Below the pieces are notes generated by a model. It saw only the letters and a list, made by a program, of their open reading frames with translations. It did no database searches and was not told the origin of the DNA. From Daphnia carinata (Eukaryota), in NCBI RefSeq assembly GCF_022539665.2, contig NC_081332.1:3844001-3908000 (forward strand): a stretch of 64,000 bases of DNA. The letters are read 5' to 3'. Position 1 is the first letter of the stretch, and each line of letters opens with the position of its first letter. A program made the position numbers and the translations under genes. This document shows positions 41,790-55,024 of this stretch, in pieces.

Positions 41790-43844
41790 GCCGCTAGTGC
41801 ATACACACCATACAACTAACTCCGTGTCTCTGTAGGGACCCCAACTCTATCTCACTCCTGACATGGAACACACATACAAAAAAATGAATAAATCAAATCT
41901 TTTTACCATTCCTAAAGATTACAATGTGTTTGTCTTTTCAAGTTAAACATTTTTAGGCGATTGGTCTAACGAGATACTGGCAAATTCGATTGCAATATGA
42001 ATTTTTCTTTTTTTTTAACGTCTAAACAGAAGAAAAATGGAATGCCAACACGTCGTGTGCTGCCGTTGCCAAGGTAACCCGCCCGAAACGTTCCCGAGTT
42101 TTTTCAGATACACACACACACACACACCACTACTGCTGAGACGTACACACTGGGCCAGGCAGGAAATCACCCCCACACACTCACACACACACACACACAC
42201 AGTTCGATGAACTCTCCTTCGCTCGGGTTCGGCTACTTCGGCGCGGCAACAAGAAATGTGTGTGACTATTTCTTCATTTTTTGTTTTTTGTTTTTCTACT
42301 TCTTTTTTAATTTTACTAATCGTTTGAAGAAGAGGAGGCAGAGTAACGAAACAAATCAATCGATCTATAAATTATTTGACTGTACGACTGGTTCAACCAT
42401 CTTGTTTTTTTTCTGCCTCGTGTTTGATCAGACTGCTTTAACGAAACAGAGCCAAATTTAAAAAAAAAAATGTGTGAAAATCAAGAGGATACCGTACTTG
42501 GATGGTGTTGGGAACAATTTTGTTCGTGTGTGAGTGAATGGGGAGGAGGGGTGGAAAAAAAAAAGATGACGAATCAATCGAATTTTTCACGCCCAGACAA
42601 GTTTGGGGCTCACAAGAAAACCGAAGAAACAATCACCACCATTGAATGGGGCGATATTTTTCGTTTCACAAACACACTTCACTAGTTTTTTATTTTTCCT
42701 TTTCTGTCTCAAAGACACAGTCACCACGCACACACCACGCACACGAGAATTTCGGTTGGGTTGAATAACCTCAAACGTGTTTTGCCAAACTTAAAGTTAA
42801 AAACATGAGGGTGGTTGAAATTAAAAAAAAAAAAAAAAAGGGAGGAAAAACAAAAAAAAAAAAGAAGAATAAAAAATAAAAAAAATAAAAAAAAATGTCG
42901 AAAAAAAGGAGGAGGTGAACACGAGTGGCACACGCACAAAACGATGCGACCCCGTCGACGGTCGGACACCAACTGAACAGGAGGGCGGAGTGTGCGTGTC
43001 CTACGCGGCTGGGCCTGGTGGTGGCAGGCCGAAGTTTTACAACGGGCACTGCCGTCGTCCGACCTTCGCCTCTTCACCACCAACCCACCCGACCACCGCC
43101 TTCTCCCGAATAGCGGGATTTTTAGGTATTTCGTGTGTGTGTGTGTGTGTGGTGTGTTTGTGTGTGTATATACTGTACATAAGGTATAGGATATACTGTA
43201 CGATGAATCCTATAAGCATCATTTCCTTCTTTCGATTCCCTTTTGAAGAGGGTGGGGAGGGGAAGGGTATCGGTCGTTGGGGCCTATCTACGCCTCTAGG
43301 CTTGTATGGACAAAAACTGAAGACAATGAAACAAATAAAACCTTTTTTCTTTTTGTTTCAAGTGGTTCGTAATAAACATAATATTAATTCCAAAACAAAA
43401 ACACACAAAAAAAAATGGGAAATAAAGCTAAGAAAAAACAAGAAAAACAGTCGAACATGACCTGGCGAAATTGGTTGTGCTACGTCTGCTAGACCTTTGT
43501 ATATAGTTTGTGTGGGCCCACCTGTTTCAATCACTTTCAGATACTTCGCCATTTTGTATTCTTTCCCAAATGGTTCGCGGAACACTTTTCATCGACTTTC
43601 TGTTGCCGTTCATCATTTGCTTTCTTTCTTTTGTCTTTCTTTCGTTTGATGATTTTCGCATTTCTTCGTCTTGTCCATTTGCTTTGACAAATGATCCTCC
43701 CGTCGTGCGGTTGAGGACATTGCCGTAAGATGGCGTTGCCGAAGATACCGTTACTTCGTTCAGAAAAAAAAAAAAGGAGAGAGAACGAATAAGAAAAAAA
43801 AGAGAGAGGAAAATGGGTCACTGTGTAGTTTGGCTCGGATCCAG

Positions 43845-43857
43845 CGGTCAATGACTC
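43845..43857. promoter_or_regulatory. IR1 ecdysone response element candidate
   Basis: CGGTCA-A-TGACTC, with a RORE-like AAAATGGGTCA just upstream at 43810-43820. Confidence 0.45.
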
Positions 43858-45113
43858 GTTCGCTGTTGTTCATGTACCTTCTCTTCGCTAGTGTCTCGAG
43901 TCGGCGTCTTCCACCAGACTTTTTTCAGAAAGAGTTTTCGCATACATGTTCTTTCAATTCTTTCACTTCAAAAAAATAATAATAATAATTAATAATGAAA
44001 ACGTATTTTTTTTTTATATTAACCAGCGTTGCCAGTCTATCAACCTCCTCAAACCTCATCAGCTATTGCCACCAGACAAACCAACAAAAAGTAAACAAAT
44101 TCAGAGTTGCCAATCGCCACCGCTACGTCAAAAAAAAAAAAAAAGGGGGACTGCGCGGGAAATTTTGAAAAACATAAAAATACAACTAGAGAAATCCCAT
44201 TTCTGGGAACAAACCCAAGAGGCACTATAGAGAGCATATCCTAGCATCGAGATAGGGTTTTTTTTTTAATTTTTATAATTCCCTTGCACTTTTTTCTTCC
44301 ATTTATTTTTAATGTACAGACACAAGAGCCGTTGAAAAAAGACGGGGGGGACAAGGATATTTCGTTTTTCTTGGAATTGAAAGAGAAAAGCTCTAGCCAA
44401 CTTTCACTCCAAGTATGAACGCGCGAGCTGACTTTGGGGCTTGCATCTATACAAGTATAAGAAAAAAAGAGAGAAAAGAGAAAAGGTTTTCCCTTTTTTT
44501 TTTTTTCCCCTTCTTTTCGCATGCTCCGTCCGTCTCTCCCGAATAATCATCGCCCACCATCGTCTGTGTTTTTCATTTCGAAAATATATTTAAAAAAAAA
44601 AAGAGAGGAATATATGCAAAAATAAACACGTCTCGAATGTAGAGATCCCTTCGGTTGGATAACATTTCAAATCGCTCGTTCCTTTTTTCTATCCACATAC
44701 GAAAAGAACAAATAAAATTGCAATTGATGGAGTTTCTGTGCGGATCGAAAAGAGAGAGAGAGAGAGAGAGAGAGGGACCAGGTGAGTGAACGGAACGGGT
44801 CCTTATACCACTTCAAGGTGGAGTAGTATGTAGTGCTACTAGAGAGACTTTCTCTTTTGCTGCTGAAGAAAAGAAAAACAAAACATACACGAACTTTTTT
44901 TTTTCCTTTTGGGTGTGGATCGCGTACATACGCACAGGGAGTGGCGGTAAGAAGAAAAAAGAAAAAAATAAATTGTAATACAAACTTGTGGAAAAAAAAA
45001 AAAACCTTTCTCTCTTTCGTCAGAGTGTACGACATTAAAAGCCAAAAAGAAAAAAAAATAGATTTTCTGTTTTTTGTTTGATTCCTGATTTTTTTTTTTT
45101 GATTTTTTTTTAC

Positions 45114-45555
45114 CTTTGATGGAGCCGATGGCGGAGGGCGAGAGAGCGTGAGAGAGATCGTTGTGTTCGGCAAGAGCCGCGTGATTGGACGACGCGGACG
45201 CGTCGTTGTTATCGTCTTCGTTGGCATCTTCGGCCGTGCTGTTGTCGTCGTTGTTGTTGGTCGCAACAGGTCGGCCGTTGTTGTTGTTGTTGTTGCTACT
45301 GTTAGCGCTACTACTACCACTACTACTACTCGTATTCCACAGGTTGAGCATGGAGACGACCGGAGGACCCGCGACGCCATTTTTCATCGCCACCTGATGG
45401 TGAGCGTGTTGCTCGTCGGGATGATTGGCGTGCTGGTGATGGCCATCCGAACCTCCATGATGATGCAAATGATGTTGATGGTGGCCAGGATGATCCGCCC
45501 AGGACGAGTAGAGACTCGGCTCGCTGGGCGAAGACAGTCGACTCGGTTTCACCAT
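45114..45555 (-). CDS. HR3: HR3 alternative N-terminal exon (His/Asn-rich, MVKPSR...MLNLWN...GSIK)
   Basis: Open frame ending TCC ATC AAA G|GTAAAA. Phase 1 joins the DNA-binding-domain exon at 39434 to give [11 protein letters not shown]. Confidence 0.8.
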
Positions 45556-47949
45556 TTCGCACGCTGAACGAACGTCTTCGATTGGTTGCAAGTTTGTGTT
45601 TCTATTCTTCCTTTTCAGAAAATTGCCAAAGCGAGAAAACGCACGACAAATCACATCCGCACAGGCCAATCCAAAAAGGCAGAGGGAACTTTTTTTTTTT
45701 TTTTTTTTTCAATAATCGAGCGAAGAAAAAAAATGAAACGAAAACGCGCACTCGAGTCCGCAGACTTCCACTTTCACGACGATCCGCGCGGCTACTGAAA
45801 GCGCTGGAGAATGCCCCCCTCTCTCTCTCTCTCTACAACACACACACACACGCACATAAGCAAAATCTTTCGTTGTGTATTCTCCCTCTAGCGTTATTTT
45901 TCAAGTTTTTGGTCGTGTCGTCGTCGTGCAGTTCTCAGTTAGCCGATGTGTTTTTTTTTTGTTTTTTTTTATTTCAGCGACTTTCACTTTCCAAACCGAA
46001 AGAGCTTACACGAAGAAGAAGAAGAGGATGGCGAATAGAATAAAGAGAAAAAAAAAAGGGAGAGAGAGAGAGAAATTGAAAGCACCGGTCACTTGTATCT
46101 TGCAAGTAATCGAATCAATTTCGAACGAAAAAAAAAAAAACAAAAAAAAAAAAGGAAATATTCACGACCGATAGGTTTGGCGGTTGTGATCGTTCTGAGA
46201 TCGGCAAAGGGGAACACACAAAAATAAAAAAAAATAAAAAAGGAAATGATTACACGGGGAGACGGGTGTAATATATCTCTTTTCACTATTCGGTTCGTAG
46301 CGGCGCATTGACTTTGTGTCACATCGACACCCACCTCCTTTCCTAAATAATATTACCATACCAGAGAACTGGGTGGGTGGTTTGAGGGTTGCTGGCCTCA
46401 TATATAATAAAAAAAAAAAAAAAAAAGCCAGTCGATATTACGCGCTAAAAAACTGTTTTTTTTTTTTTTTTTCTAATAAAAATATATAAGAAGAGAGGGG
46501 GGGGGGAGTGGAAAAGGAGTGAAAAACGTCCAGGAGCGTCGAATTTCCGCGTCCGCGCGCGCTTCTCCGCAACCGACGACAGGGTGCGTGCACGACTCAC
46601 GAGAGAGAGAGAGAAAAAAAAAAAAAAAAAAAAAAGACATCACCGGATATTTGTCAGCGGTTCCGTTTTTTTTTTTTTTTTTTTTTATTTGATACCGGCA
46701 TCACCAGTCGTATAATAAAAATGTAGGACGAACGAGAGTCTATTAACCCTGGCCCTCACTCCATTTCTTTTTTTTTTTTCCTTTTGCTCTCATTTGTTAT
46801 CGTTTTTCTTTTTTGACGATGATGAGCAATTCCTCGATTTTTATTTGTTTCCTCCGCAAAATATTTCTTTTTTTTTTTTTTCAACCCACCATCAACTTTG
46901 TTTCTTTTTTTTTTATTTTGGCACGATAATAAATAAATATTCGCGTGAACTTTTCTGCCGCTTCGTTCGGTTTGAATTCAAACGGAAACAAATTACAAGA
47001 TTTCAATTTTTTTTTGAAAATAAAAAATACATGATTCCCTGGAAGCCTATCGTACTTCATTTGTGCTGATTGGATGAATGTAAAAAAAAAAAAAAATAGT
47101 AAAGAAAAAAAAAAAAGAAAGGGGGCGGTGCTGAAAAAAAAAAGAGAAATAATTGAAACGGAATCGCAGGCAATGGAAGAAAGAAAATAAAATACAACAG
47201 GTGGTTGAACATGAAAAGAATTAATGAAGAAAAAAAAAAAAAAAAAAGAGATTCCGGGTCGGGTTATGGTGACCCAGTCCCCTCGTGCCGTTCGTTCGTG
47301 AGTTGTACCGCAATGTCTTCTCCGTTCCCTTCCTCCGCTAGCAACGGTATATTTAAATCGAACAAAAAAAGATATAGAGTGAGAGAAAAAAAAAGGCAAC
47401 GCGTTGCTGGCTCATTTCAAGGTGTGTGCATCGCTGTGACGTCACAGCGAACGGTAAAAAAAAAAAAAAAAAAAGAATATTCAAAACGCCTGAGGGAACG
47501 GAATCTCTTCCATCTGCGGCATTGTCGCTCCATTGCCAAAGTTAACAGCAGCTTTATAGTAGTCGTAGTTGTTGTTTTGTTTTTTTTTTTCTTTCGTGAT
47601 TTAGCCTAAAGGGAAGAACGAGGAGAATAACTTGGTGAAAGACTAACGGGACATGCACTCACGCACCGCGAACGAACGAAGACAAAAAGAATTGTTTGAA
47701 CTGTTAAGGTGCAATAACGTGAAACGGGCTCTATAGTAGTGCCGGGCAGATAAAAGAAAAAAAAAAAAAATAAATCCTTGGGGCGTATATATATATATAT
47801 ATACCGTACGCGCTCACATGTCCCACTAATGTACATGTACAGTGAAAAACAAAATGTAACATGAACTAAACGACACGATGATGGTGGAATCACTTCTTCC
47901 GCTTTCAATCTTCCAATCAACCGTTTTAAAAATCAAATTGAAAGGGTCC

Positions 47950-47985
<36 letters not shown>

Positions 47986-48857
47986 AATGATGAAATCCAT
48001 CGGTTGGGTTCGATTTGTTTTGAAAGCTATAAAAAATAAAAAAAGAATGCCGTCTTCTTCGAATTGAAAATCGACACGGAAGATGAATTTCAATTGGGCA
48101 GCTCAGAGTCGACGAAGCGCGTTTTATATAAAATAAGTTAAACCGTTTTAATCCTTTTTTTTTTCCTATTTATCGGTCAGAAATACAAAAGTGTCGAAGA
48201 ATATACTCTTATATAATTCCAGGTAAGGGGAAAAAAAAAGGGGGGGGGGGAGGGGAAGAGCCGTATATAACAGCTCGAGCACGTCCTCGGGAGTCCTACT
48301 GACCGCGGACGAGCCAGCGGTTATTCACCTCCCGCGTTCAATTTTTTTTTTCTCTCTGTGTGTGTGTCTATATGTTATTTTTCTTCTTCTTCTTCTTCTT
48401 CTTGGTTCTTATCCCGGTTTGTACCGCTAGGCCAACTGTTGGTTTCGGCAACCAGTTTGAGGCATTTATTGCAACCGGCTTTTCCATCGTGTAGAGTGTT
48501 GGACACGGCGGGTTAGTAATCGGCTATTATAACTGTACAATCGTTTCTTTTCTTCTTTTTTTTTCGAATGTTATTCGTGTGTAGACACGATAAAAAAAAA
48601 AAAAAAGCCACCACAAAAACACAAGACATTTTTGTGTGCGTCTCTATAGGATAATCGTCAAGGCCTCACCTTGGAATCAAGAAAAGAAGCCTCACATATC
48701 GGACAGGATTATCGTACAATTTAAAGGCAATGGGGGAATATAGATTCTTGGCTATTTTTTTTTTTTCGATATATACCACGAAATCGCGTAGATTGGCCGT
48801 CATCTATCGATGCAAATAATAAAAAGGCCAAAATCGAAAAATGTTCGAAATCCTTAC

Positions 48858-48876
48858 CTCTGATGGTGCTTGGCAT
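48858..48876 (-). CDS. HR3: HR3 third (distal) alternative N-terminal exon, coding part MPSTIR
   Basis: ATG CCA AGC ACC ATC AGA G|GTAAGG is a strong phase-1 donor giving [14 protein letters not shown]. The frame stays open upstream to a possible acceptor at 48965. Confidence 0.65.
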
Positions 48877-49452
48877 CACTCCCAGGTCATTTGGCCAAGC
48901 CGAACAATCTATGTTTCTTTCAAGAAGATGAATTGTTTCTTGTTTTCTTCCTCTTCCGGCCGGATCTTGTAGAAGAATGTTGTTCAAGCACTTAAATGTG
49001 TGTTTTGTTGTTAATGAAAGTCGAATTTTTTTTTTTTTTTTATCCAAAAAAACACGAGGGAAGAAGATGACACTAAGATCGAGAAAAACTAATAAACAAA
49101 CGATGAGCAGCAAATGATGAAAATGTTGGTTGAACTCATGAAGCGCTCGTTCCGGTCAGTAGCACTGATGATGTCGATGTTAATACAACAAATGACGAAT
49201 CCATTGCGCGCGAAAGCTTCCGATTTTTCCCTTTTTTTTTTTTTTTTTTTTTTAATTTTTCTTCAAAGAGAATCGAAGCGACTAGACACAAAAAAAGGTG
49301 GAGGGAGAAACAAGTCAGAAACGGTCGGTGATGTAGTCGAATGTCGTTGATGTTGTCGAGGAGAAATAAATACGAAGAGAGTCCTGGAAGACCTGTTGCC
49401 TCTGTGTCGCCACAAGTCTAACTGTCTGTCTTACTGTGCGTGTGCCGATCTC

Positions 49453-49453
<1 letters not shown>

Positions 49454-49488
<35 letters not shown>
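49454..49488. repeat. (GT)n microsatellite
   Basis: About 17 perfect GT units. Confidence 0.9.
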
Positions 49489-49490
<2 letters not shown>

Positions 49491-49559
49491 CCGCAAGAAC
49501 TTGAACCAACAACGGGCTTTAGCGCAGCACAGCAAAATGTAATATATTTTTGAAAGCCA

Positions 49560-49590
<31 letters not shown>

Positions 49591-51780
49591 AGAGAAAGAA
49601 GAGGAGGAAAAAACAAAACAAAAAATACGAAGCGAAAAAGAAAAATGCACTTGCGAGCTCCTCCTACCTGGAACCTTTACCTTTCAAGCTGCTGGCGAAA
49701 GGTACCGTTGCGTCGAACCTTTTGCTACATAGCCTTGCTGTGGTGTCCCAGACTTTTTTTTTTTTTTTAGCGCCCAAATGCACACCGTCCTTTATGTGTA
49801 AAGAGTATAGGCCAAATAAATAAAAATTAATTTTTATTTTTTATTTTTTATTTTTTTCTTGCCATTACCCCCCCCCCCCCCACGTTGCCAGTTTTTCTTT
49901 TGTGCGATTTTCGTTTCAAAGGGATTGAAAATGTCGTTTTCAAAATGAATATGACGTCATAAATGTGTGGACTGTGTGCAAAGGCAAGGCGAAGAAGGGC
50001 TTCGAGAATAGTCACGCGTGACCTCACGCTTTAGGCGATCTTTTTTTTTTCTTAAATCTTTTTCTTCCGTTTAATGCAAAAAAAAAAAAAATAGTAAATC
50101 CTTTACACGGTGTATCTGCTTTTTTTTTTTTTTGCTGGCGGTAGGATAGGAAGACTGTACAGACATTAAAAAACAAATAAATATATAAACCTGTGCACGG
50201 AATGCATAAGTCCAACGTTTGGCAAAATGCCACAGCATGAAGAGTGCTGATGAAGCCCCTTCTGCGTTCATTATTCTAGCCAACCAACAACAACAGACGC
50301 CAATAATGTCCATGCAGACATATAGTCAGTCTCTCTCTCTATGTGTGTCTAGTTTTATACACATACCCAATTCCTTGTTGTTGTTTTTTCTTTCCTCTAT
50401 GGCCCAGTAACCTGCAGACAACAGCTGATTTTTTTGTTTTCCCCATTTTTTTTTAAAGAAGAAAAATAAAATAATACGAGTTGGGTAAAAAAAAAAAAAA
50501 AAAAAAAATACAAGGCACAATCGTTTACGTAATCGCCTCTTCGCGCTCCAATGCCGTTTCGTTATTGTGTTGGCAACGTCTTGCGGTTAACCGCGACACT
50601 CTTCGGGTTTTTTTCTTCGTCTTCTTCGTTGCCTCTCTGCGAACGTCTACCAGCGAAACGATCTTTGAATTCGTACACAATAGCCAAATGGGTAGGCGAG
50701 ATGGTGACATTGTATTATATATTTATTATTATTTTTTTTAATTCCTTTTTTCTCGGACGAGAAATAAATAACGGGTTTTTCTAGTTATTTCGAATCTTAA
50801 TGGACGCATCGAAAATAAGAAGCAACGGGCGTGTTACGCAGATAAATGAAATGGTCGGTCCGATAAATTATTCTCGTTATTTTGCTGATTGAGACTAGGG
50901 TGATGTAGCTTATGTATCTCTACGACGTGTATTGAATTACCATTTTTTTTTTTTTTTTTTTTTTTGGAGGAAAGAAAAGGATCTGCAATGAAAGGGCAAC
51001 AGAGAAATAAGAAAAAAAAAAAAGAAATGGGTTATCACGCGCGGAAGCAACCGACTTTGACATTCTGGTAATGTGGCCATTACCAAAGAGATAAATGAAG
51101 ATGAGCTCGGGCTTCCTTTCGGAGAGGATATGTACGTGCGTATACTACTACCACTACCATGTGATACACAGCCAAGAGATGGATAATATTCTCGTTCGAT
51201 TTCGGCGCAGCTGATATTGCGATACAGTCGTATATAACGCCATTTACGTGGCTTTCTTTAGTAGGTCAGTTAGCTTCGACTAGCACTTTGGCCGAACGGG
51301 ACAGCCTTCGTGACTTTGCCGGCCATGGATTTCGGGGAAAAATAGCCGCTTTTGCGCTTCGTCCGAAGATCGTACGGAATTTTAAACTAAACAAGAAGTT
51401 TCAGTCTATGGCCACCAGATGTCTTTTAAGGAATGGATTATTCGCAGTGCTAACTATAAAACCCAACATACGAGTTTTAAAATCTTGGCTAACACTTCTT
51501 TTTTATTTTATTTCAATGTTCCACAGTTGCATAGAATATGTACGTTTTAAATCAGGTTTGCGTGCCAACTACGATCAAGTACCCTTGAAGTAAACAGAGG
51601 TACGAAACTGTTGGCAGAAGGAGTTAAGATGGCTGCCAACTGGTGGCTGCAAAGTAAAGCTCTTCTTGGGACGGGAAATTCGCTGTATCTTGAAATTAGT
51701 TCTTGATTCGGCTACTACGGCGCTAAAGGCTATAAACTAAATAAAGTTTCCTTCCTGCTGATCTGTATTTGTTTCTGCCA

Positions 51781-51790
51781 GTCACATGAC
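51781..51790. promoter_or_regulatory. CLEAR/M-box (MITF/TFEB-type) element
   Basis: GTCACATGAC (reverse complement GTCATGTGAC), 130 nt upstream of the V-ATPase H start codon. Confidence 0.55.
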
Positions 51791-51910
51791 AGAAGGTCGG
51801 GAAATCAGCCGTCTTCAGATCCCGTGATCTGACACAACTGACGGTTTCAGTTCTTTGCAGCTTTGTCGATTTGACGACAATTTGACTGTAAAAGTTAAGC
51901 AAAAAGCACC

Positions 51911-53984
51911 ATGCCTGATAGCAAAATTGATTCCATGTTGATGAAATTGCCTGATGAGACAGGCAAAGGAGGTATGTTCAACTTCTTGTTTTACCATTAA
52001 ACAGTTTAACAACAACAATGGCTTTTATGTTTAATTGAAGATGTTATGGCTGCCACTAGTGTTTTGCAGCAAAGGGCCAATGAGATCAGGAATAATTCCA
52101 TCAATTGGCAGTCGTACCTCCAGTAAGTTGCTGATGAATTTTGACATGTTCCTTGCGTGGTGCTGTAAGAGCTTGATAAGTAGTACCCGATTTTTGCCAG
52201 TATTATGATAGTAATCACATTTTACAGTAAACAAAGTCAACATTAGTCAGTTTTGATGCATCAGTTTTTGAAAACTGCTAAATAGGTCTCTTATTTAATT
52301 TCAGGTCTCAGATGATTGGTGATGATGACTACCGCTTCATCACTGAATTCCTGTCATCTGATGGAAGCAAGAGAGACTCGTTGCTTCAGAACCAGAGAAC
52401 ACAATGTGCCAAGACCTTCCTGAGTCTCCTAGAGCACATTTCTAAAGATCAGACTGTTCAGTACATCCTTACAATTATGGATGACATGCTTCAGGTAAGA
52501 TTAATATCCACCATGTTCTTTGCAGTCCATCTCTGAACTTGCACCTTTGGCCCTTTAAATACAGGAAGACATGAACAGGGTTGAGATTATCCGAGAATAC
52601 GCCAAGAAGAAGCGTGAAAACGTTTGGTCTCCCTTTCTGAATCTGTTGAATCGCCCTGATACCTTTATTCAAAACATGACCTCCCGAATCATAGCTAAAC
52701 TTGCTTGTTGGTCACGCGATCCAATGGAGGGCTCTGATTTAACCTTCTATTTGACTTGGTTGAAGGATCAACTTCAAACTCCGGGTAACGAGTATGTTCA
52801 AACCACAGCCCGCTGTCTTCAGATGATGCTTCGGGATGAAAAGTACCGCCTAGTATTTGCTGGTATGGAAGGTGTTTCCGTTCTGGCAAATATCTTGTCT
52901 GGACGTATCAACTTTCAGGTGAAACTCTTACACATTTATCTGTTTTGCTCTAGACACACTGTTTCCCTTTAATGAACAATCTGTTTTCCTTTCTCCGTGA
53001 ACAGATTCAATACCAGCTATCTTTTTGCTTGTGGGTGATGACATTCAGCCCGCAACTAGTGGAACAAATGAACAAGTATGTGGTTGAAAAGGTCTAAGTG
53101 CCCGAAGAACGTAAGTTTTGAACGCGTTGTATTCTTCTATCTTTAGACACAAAATCATTCCCATTCTCGGCGACATCCTAAATGATAGTGTCAAAGATAA
53201 GGTCACTCGTATTATCCTAGCCGTCTTCCGCAATATGATCGAGAAACCCGAAGACGCCTCAATGGTCAAAGAGAACTGTGTAGCCATGGTCCAGGCTAAG
53301 GTGCTGAAGCAGCTGTCTATCTTGCAACAGCACAAATTCGACGATGAAGACATCATGGCCGACATTGAGTTCCTCACTGAGAAACTTCTCGCCTCTATCC
53401 AAGATTTGAGCTCCTTTGACGAATACTCGACCGAAGTCAAATCTGGTCGGCTTGAATGGAGCCCCGTGCACAAATCGGAGCGTTTCTGGCGTGAAAACGC
53501 TCCACGTCTCATTGAGAAGAACTACGAGCTGTTGAAAATGCTGGTTCACCTCCTTGAGACCAGCCGTGACACCCTGGTGCTCGCCGTTGCCTCCTACGAC
53601 ATTGGCGAGTTTGTCCGACACTATCCCAGAGGAAAGAGGTGATTTAAATTTAATAATTAATATCCATATATTTTTGCGTCCCCATAACGTTAGTTTCGTA
53701 CTCTACAACCTCCAGCATCATAGAACAGCTTGGTGGCAAGCAGATGGTTATGCAATTGCTGGCCCATGAAGACCCAAATGTTCGCTACGAGGCTCTCCTA
53801 GCCGTTCAGAAGCTAATGGTTCACAATTGGTTCGTAAAAACTGATAAAGCTGTTAATTTAAAAGCAATTGAAAAGCCTTTTTAACGTTCGCATTATTATT
53901 CTACGCAGGGAATATTTGGGCAAACAATTGAAGAAGGATCCCACGTCTGAAAGTTCATCCACGGGCGTGAAAACTAAAGGATAA
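51911..53984 (+). CDS. ATP6V1H: V-type proton ATPase V1 subunit H (VhaSFD), multi-exon
   Basis: Spliced product [17 protein letters not shown]...[12 protein letters not shown]...[16 protein letters not shown]...[31 protein letters not shown]...[14 protein letters not shown]...[21 protein letters not shown]. Stop at 53984. Confidence 0.97.
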
Positions 53985-55024
53985 AAGTTGTAATAAAACT
54001 TGGTGACATTGGCATGTCGTTCCCAAATTGTTGATTTATCACCTTGGTCATTCCTCTTTAACTTGTGTTAATTTTGTCGATTACGTAGCGATTGGTGTTA
54101 TTTAGGTATTGCCATTTAAAATATAGAAAAAATTGTTCCGTGATAAATCATCCAATGCCCAACACCGACTCATAGCATTCTAGCCGTAGCTTCAAAAACG
54201 TGCAGCTTCCAATTCGTGGAATGAATTTGTGATAGAAAGACGCAGTAGTTAAATAGACCGCGCTGTACCTATCGATTCACTGCGCATTGTGAATTTGTTT
54301 GCCTGTTGCGTTCATACGTCCTAAATTCAAAGAACAGGGTACGGTCGCCACCTATTTAAAATGCAGGGGCCAGGTATTTTTGTTTTTGTACTGCGGCAAT
54401 GTAAACCATATCGGAACAAGCTTGGCGAGGGACAATACAGTAAGGACACCGTGCGGCACACGGACGAACTGGAGACTGGACCCGTGGGAGTTCATTTCGG
54501 TTTTATGTAAGCAAAAATGCAACCAAAAATCGGGAAATTTTTCGAGTTTCATCATTACTTTATCTCAAGAGCATTTTCTAATAAAAAAGAAACTGGAAAA
54601 TTTTTACAAAATCTATATTGGAAGTCTTCTAATTCTCTAGTTACACAAGTCACAATACCACATGACGTGGTGGCGCTACCGATATCACCTGTGAAAAGGC
54701 AGGTACTTGTTTGTGCGGAGATTTGAAGGTGTGTATAGAGACTAGACCTTGTTTAGTAGAGGAGTACAATGTTACTATGTTGCAGTGTTGACGCTTTACT
54801 TGCTACAACAAAATAGTAGTTTGACAGGAAACTCCTCCCTTCATGTTACGGATACACTGTCACTGTGCGAATTCTTTATTGTTCCATTTGTTTAGTTAAG
54901 CAATTAAACAACAGGGACGTGATTCCTTCGTGAATACGACACTTGCTTTAGCAGTGGAATGGACGGAGGATGTTTACCGTCAGGGTAATGTGACTCATCG
55001 TTCAGGGTCGATTGCTTGGCAAAA

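Noticed and set aside
32000..51000. Numerous Phe/Lys/Cys-Val-rich ORFs in the ORF track
   Set aside because: They are translations of homopolymers and microsatellites, or antisense shadows of real exons.
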